Source: Cyanophora paradoxa CCMP329
Lineage: Eukaryota > Plantae > Glaucophyta
Assembly: GCA_004431415.1 (NCBI GenBank)
Contig: QPMI01000191.1
Coordinates: 1 to 64,000, forward strand
DNA: 64,000 nucleotides
Direction of reading: 5' to 3'
Positions 59,691-64,000 of the stretch are shown one piece after another (within the stretch, counting starts at the first letter, position 1; the number at the start of each line of letters is the position of its first letter). A model generated the notes under the pieces. It worked only from the letters and a program-made list of their open reading frames with translations. It was not told the DNA's origin and did not search any database. The position numbers and the translations under genes are program-made.

Positions 59691-61153
59691 ATGCGGCAGG
59701 TCGACGAATCGATGCGCCTCCCTAGCGTACACCCGGACCTTCGGGCGCTTGAATAGATGCAGCTGGGCGCTTCCCTCGACGCGCACTGCCTTTGTCACAC
59801 TACCCACACAAAAAGGACCCCCCCCCAGGATTGAAGCTACAGCGCAGAGTAGTTTACCCAAGTTAGTCCCCAACTGTGTGGGCCCAACACCCTTCTGCGC
59901 TTCCAAACTGGCTGGAAGACCGGCGCCGGGCGGCTCGGGAAGTGGCGGCCTTGTCGTCTCAAAGAGCACCGTGTACGTCGCGAATCTCGACTACAATCTC
60001 ACAAACAACGAGTAAGATAGACGAGCGCGTGCTTGGCTTTGCTCGGCGCGCGCTCACTCGTGCACAGCATCCATCAACTTTTTAGCCCGCATGGCAAGAT
60101 CGCAAAGCGCGCGCGCTTCCTGCGTACGTATTGATTGCTTTCTGATCCTACGTTCGCTCGCTTGCTCGTAGGGTCACCGTCGTGCGGGACAAGGAAACCC
60201 GCGCGAGCAAGGGGCTGGCGTTCATCCTGTTTAAGACCATCGAGGATGCCCAGGCGTGCGTGGCGGCTATGAACGGTAGCCAAGTCAGCGGCAGGACGAT
60301 CAAGGTGCGAGCGAGCAGCCTCTCCGCTGCGGTGCGGCGCTCGCTGAGCTAAGCGCATGCATGCGCAGTGCAGCATCGCGCGAGACAACGGCCGGGCTTC
60401 GGAGTTCATCAAGCGGAAAGAGTACAAGGACAAGTCGCGCTGTTTCGAATGCGGGGTCCGCTCGCCGAATTTTTGGAGGCTGCACGCGCGTCTCCTCGGC
60501 CCATGACCGCCGAACGCAGAGCGAGGGACACCTGTCGTTCGAGTGCCCGCGCAACCAGCTCGGCGACCGGCCACGGCCCACGGCGGACAAGACCCGCGAG
60601 AAGAAGCGCAGGCGGCGGGAGCGGGAGGACGCGGCCAAGCAACCCAGGCGGGCAGACGCCGACAAAGGCAGCAGCGGCGAGGGCGAGGGGGGAAGCGCGA
60701 GGTTCGCCTGCGAGCGCCATCTTTGGCGGATTTCTGCTAAGATTGTCAAGCAGCGAGGACGACGAGATCGGTCTGGCAACGTTGGCTGCGGGCGCCCCGG
60801 CCCCTCGCGGCCCGCCAGCGGGCGCCCCGCCCCCTCGCGGCCCGCCTGGCAGGCCCAGGCCCGCGCCTGCGAGGTCAGCGACCTCGCCGCGCGCGCCTCC
60901 CGCGCGCCCTCATCCCGGACTCCGCAGGGCGCCCGCCGGCCCCGCAGCGGGGTGGGGCGGGCCCAGGGCGGCGGCCGGGGCCGGGGAGGAGGGGTACGGG
61001 GAGGCCGAGGATGCAGCGGAGGAGAGCTGGGCTGGGCCGCGGCCGCTGCCGGCGGCGGCCCCCGGAGCGGGGCGGGGGGCGCGCAACCCGCTCGCGGAGC
61101 CGCACGCCGTTCGCGCGGGCTACTTCTCCGACGAGGACGGCGACGGCGACTGA
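59691..61153 (+). CDS. ZCRB1: U11/U12 snRNP 31 kDa protein (RRM + CCHC); start uncertain
   Basis: [76 protein letters not shown]; YFSDE tail. Confidence 0.92.
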
Positions 61154-61328
61154 CAGACGCTGCTCTTAGCCCCTCCTCCCATCCGCCACCCGGGCCGCCG
61201 CTGCCCCCGCGACCCGGGCAGCCCCGCCCCGGCCGCCCGAGCCGCCCTGCCCCGCCCCGAGGCGCTCCCCTCGGGATACGCGAAACGAAAAGTGATTGTT
61301 AGGTCCTGCCTAGGAAATAGAGGTGGGG

Positions 61329-63046
61329 CTATATATCCTTGCCGGTCTTGGAGAGGAGCGGGGCGGGCCTGGAGGGCCCGTTCTCGCGGTCCGAGTCGGG
61401 CTCGGGGGAGCCCTTCTCGAGGTCCTGGGGGGTGTCCTCGCGGGGCTTGGCGGCGGCGCGCTGGGCGAGCTTCTGCTTCTCGAGGCTGTAGAGGACGCCG
61501 CCGCCGAGGCCGATGACGATGGAGAGGACGTTGGTGAGGGTCACGGGCGTGTCGAAGAGCAGGATGCCGAGGCCGGCGAGGGGGATCTTGTTCAGCGAGC
61601 CCGTGATGCTGTACGTCGTCGGGCTCGTCTTCTTCATGCACCAGAAGGAGGAGAGGGAGAGGGCGAAGCCGATCGACCCGCTGATGAAGACGACGACGAG
61701 GAAGCCCGTGTTGCTCAGCAGCGGCTCTCGGAAGACGCCCGGCGCCTCGTCGAACAGGAAGACGAGCACCGTGATGAGGGGGATCGAGATCAGGCTGCGC
61801 GCCGCCGCCCCCCCCGCGTCGGGCGAGGGCCTCCGCGCCGGCGGGCGGGCGTGCGGGGCGGCTCACTTGTTGTAGAACATCATGCCGAACTCGCCTGCGC
61901 ACGGGGGCCGCGGGCGATAAGCTGAGAAGGACCGGGCCCTGGCGGGGGCGGGCACCGAGCTGCGTCTTGCGCATTGCCGTGCGCATGTAGAGCTGCCGGA
62001 GGCGGTTGGTCATGGAGGAGAAAGGAGAGGAAAGAAAAGACGGGGCGGCACGCACCACGTACGCGGCGGTCGCGGCGCAGTTCCCAAGCATCCAGAAGTA
62101 GCCCAGCTGCGTCCCGGAAATCGGCGCAGAGGACAGAAAGAGGAGGGCCCGCGCACCGCACTGAACTGGCTGTCGGTGTACGCGCCGACTACGGCGCTGA
62201 TGATCTGGAGGAATGCGTTCAAACAGAGCAGCGGGTAAAGACGCGCCGTCCTCGCGAACCATGAGGACGAGGGAGAGGATGATGCCCGAAGACACGGTCT
62301 GGCCATACAGAACACGGTCCCCGAAGCAGATCGGGATGTTGGTCTGTGCGGATCGGTCAGTGCAGCCCAGGTTTCGCGAAGGAGAGCGGGCACACCAAGT
62401 TCTGCGGCGCGAGGGCGCACATCAAATAAGCAACCGAACCGATAACCGATTAAGAGCGCGGTGCAAAACGTACCTTGAAGACTGTCATCATGGGCACGGA
62501 GAGGTATCGCAAGCTGAGGGCCGAGTTAGCGGGGCCATGCCCGCGAGGGAGGCGCGCGGACCTATAAGTGCCCGTGAGCAGCATAGCAACGAAGAACTGC
62601 GTATGCGCATCGTCAGATCGCGAGTCTGCGCCAAGTGGGGGCGACGGATGCCGCACAAAGTTGACGGGAAGCCATCGCCGCGCGGTGCCTGCATCGAAGT
62701 CCGCGTACGTTATGATGCCCGCCTGCTTAGCTATGGAGACCAGGAGGACGGCTATCGCGTTCTGCGGAGGAGGAGCGAAATCAGTCGCGCGCGCGCGCGG
62801 CCACACGGGGAGCCCGTAGGACCTGAATGAAGAGGAGGGCGAAGTGGAAATGGAAGGAGTAGATCGAGAGCACGACCTTGTTGACGTAGACCATGCTGCA
62901 AAGAGCGGTTTGGCGAGAGCAGCGCGGCTGGGGAGAGGGACGAACCACATCGAGCAGAAGGAGTAGAGGAAGCACGAAAGGATCGCATTCCTCTGCGCGT
63001 GCGCGTCGTTGTGGGCCGCGCCCTTGGCATAGCCGTCCGACCCCAT
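61329..63046 (-). CDS. GDP-mannose transporter (GONST/VRG4 family nucleotide-sugar transporter)
   Basis: SMVYVNKVVLS, WLPVNF, SVPMMTVFKNL, MMFYNN, TSPTTYSITGSLNKIP (G[A/S]LNK motif). Confidence 0.93.
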
Positions 63047-63223
63047 CTGCAGCGCGCCGCGAGATGCGGCTTCTGCGGCCGGTGCTGCCCTCCTCCTCTT
63101 GCGACGGCGCTGACCGATTCTGAAGCCTGCCGCCTTTTACTCAAACCAGCCGACCTGGGTACGAGCTGCAAAACCACCGAGCCTTCTGCTGCGTGCGGGG
63201 CGTAGCTTTCTTCAAGGCCAAGC

Positions 63224-63811
63224 TTGTTTTTAGCTACGATCTCACCGCTTCACTCCTGTCTCCCTTTTCACGCCCTGGCCCACACTCGCCGCTTAGCTCC
63301 GCTGCCTGCCGCAGCGCTGTCTGGAGTCCATGATGTCCAGGTGCGTCAAATACCCAGCGGCCCCCAGTCTGACCTTCAGCTGATACGCGCGGTTCAGCTC
63401 GAAGAAGACTGGCTCCGTTTGGCCAGCGCTGGTGCGGCGCTCGCCGCGGCGTGCCGCGCCCTCCAGTTGCGTTGCGACGCGACAGCAACGCAGAGCATGC
63501 CTCCTCCGCCCGCCAAAGAGGAGTTCGGACTCGACGGGCCGTCCCCGGTCCTCGTTCCGCTCGTCAGGTGCCAACGGCCGCCCTTCGCTCCGCGTGTGCG
63601 TGCAGTCCTGAGCGTTCGTGCAGCATCAGTCAGGGCGAACGGGCCCTCTGCTCCATGGAGATGCCGGAGACTCCGAGCCACCACATCCCCACCTTGAAGG
63701 CGCGCCCCTTGAGGCCTCCGAGGCTCGGGGCCCGCCTCATCTCCCTGCGCCGCTCTCCTGATGCGAGAGCAGCCCAAGTACAAGGCAGAGTTCAAGCCCA
63801 GCGGACAGTGA
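63224..63811 (+). CDS. Small hypothetical multi-exon protein (start not found)
   Basis: VHDVQ|LEEDWLRLASAG..|SMPPPPAKEEF..|..MPETPSHHIPTLK|PKYKAEFKPSGQ*. Confidence 0.3.
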
Positions 63812-64000
63812 GGCTTCCAATTGAACACAGCTCCTCCAAGTAGGCCCTGCTGCTTGAACCCGCCTCCCCTCCGCCGCAACCGACTGTTTGCTTGCTGAAC
63901 TCGAGCTCAGATATTCGGGCTTTCAACAGCGCACGCTGTGTATCGGAGAAATGACTTCCTCGGCAAAAACGAGACCGCGGGCTTTTGCAGAGCCTTGCGC

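Noticed and set aside
61333-61342. atatccttgc resembling a U12 AT-AC donor
   Set aside because: It is the antisense of the transporter's last codons (KDI*) and lies past the ZCRB1 stop.

Overview
High-GC eukaryotic nuclear DNA. The host has a plastid-type TopA and DCC protein, a CCDC40-like protein and very short GC-rich GT/GC-AG introns, which suggests a flagellated alga (a glaucophyte such as Cyanophora is my inference, not shown). The window has two compartments. (1) About 1-13.9 kb is an essentially intron-free, frameshift-riddled, virus-like element. It carries a degenerate Prim-Pol fused to a UL9-type (origin-binding protein) SF2 helicase, bracketed by two oppositely oriented ~50-bp AT-centred palindromes and followed by four more copies in an 89-bp tandem array. 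It also has a YqaJ/lambda-type exonuclease, a tandem pair of unknown paralogues, a dense cluster of small (mostly membrane) ORFs and nested fold-back repeats. Eleven of its ORFs share an ATTTTC(T/C)-like motif just upstream of the ATG. I recognise no capsid, packaging ATPase, DNA polymerase or integrase. (2) About 14.3-64 kb is ordinary intron-rich host DNA: APC permease, AP2-like factor, nucleotide-diphospho-sugar transferase, NDUFB7, mL53, a myristoylated Q-rich protein, TopA, CDK5RAP3, RPA1, S1P lyase, CCDC40-like, RNASEH2B, an unusual Ubl-WH-ERCC4-(ERCC4-like)-polySIM-Zn-knuckle MUS81-like nuclease, a DCC oxidoreductase, a CBM20 protein, ZCRB1 and a GDP-mannose transporter. Gene spans include introns and were assembled by eye; no database searches were run.
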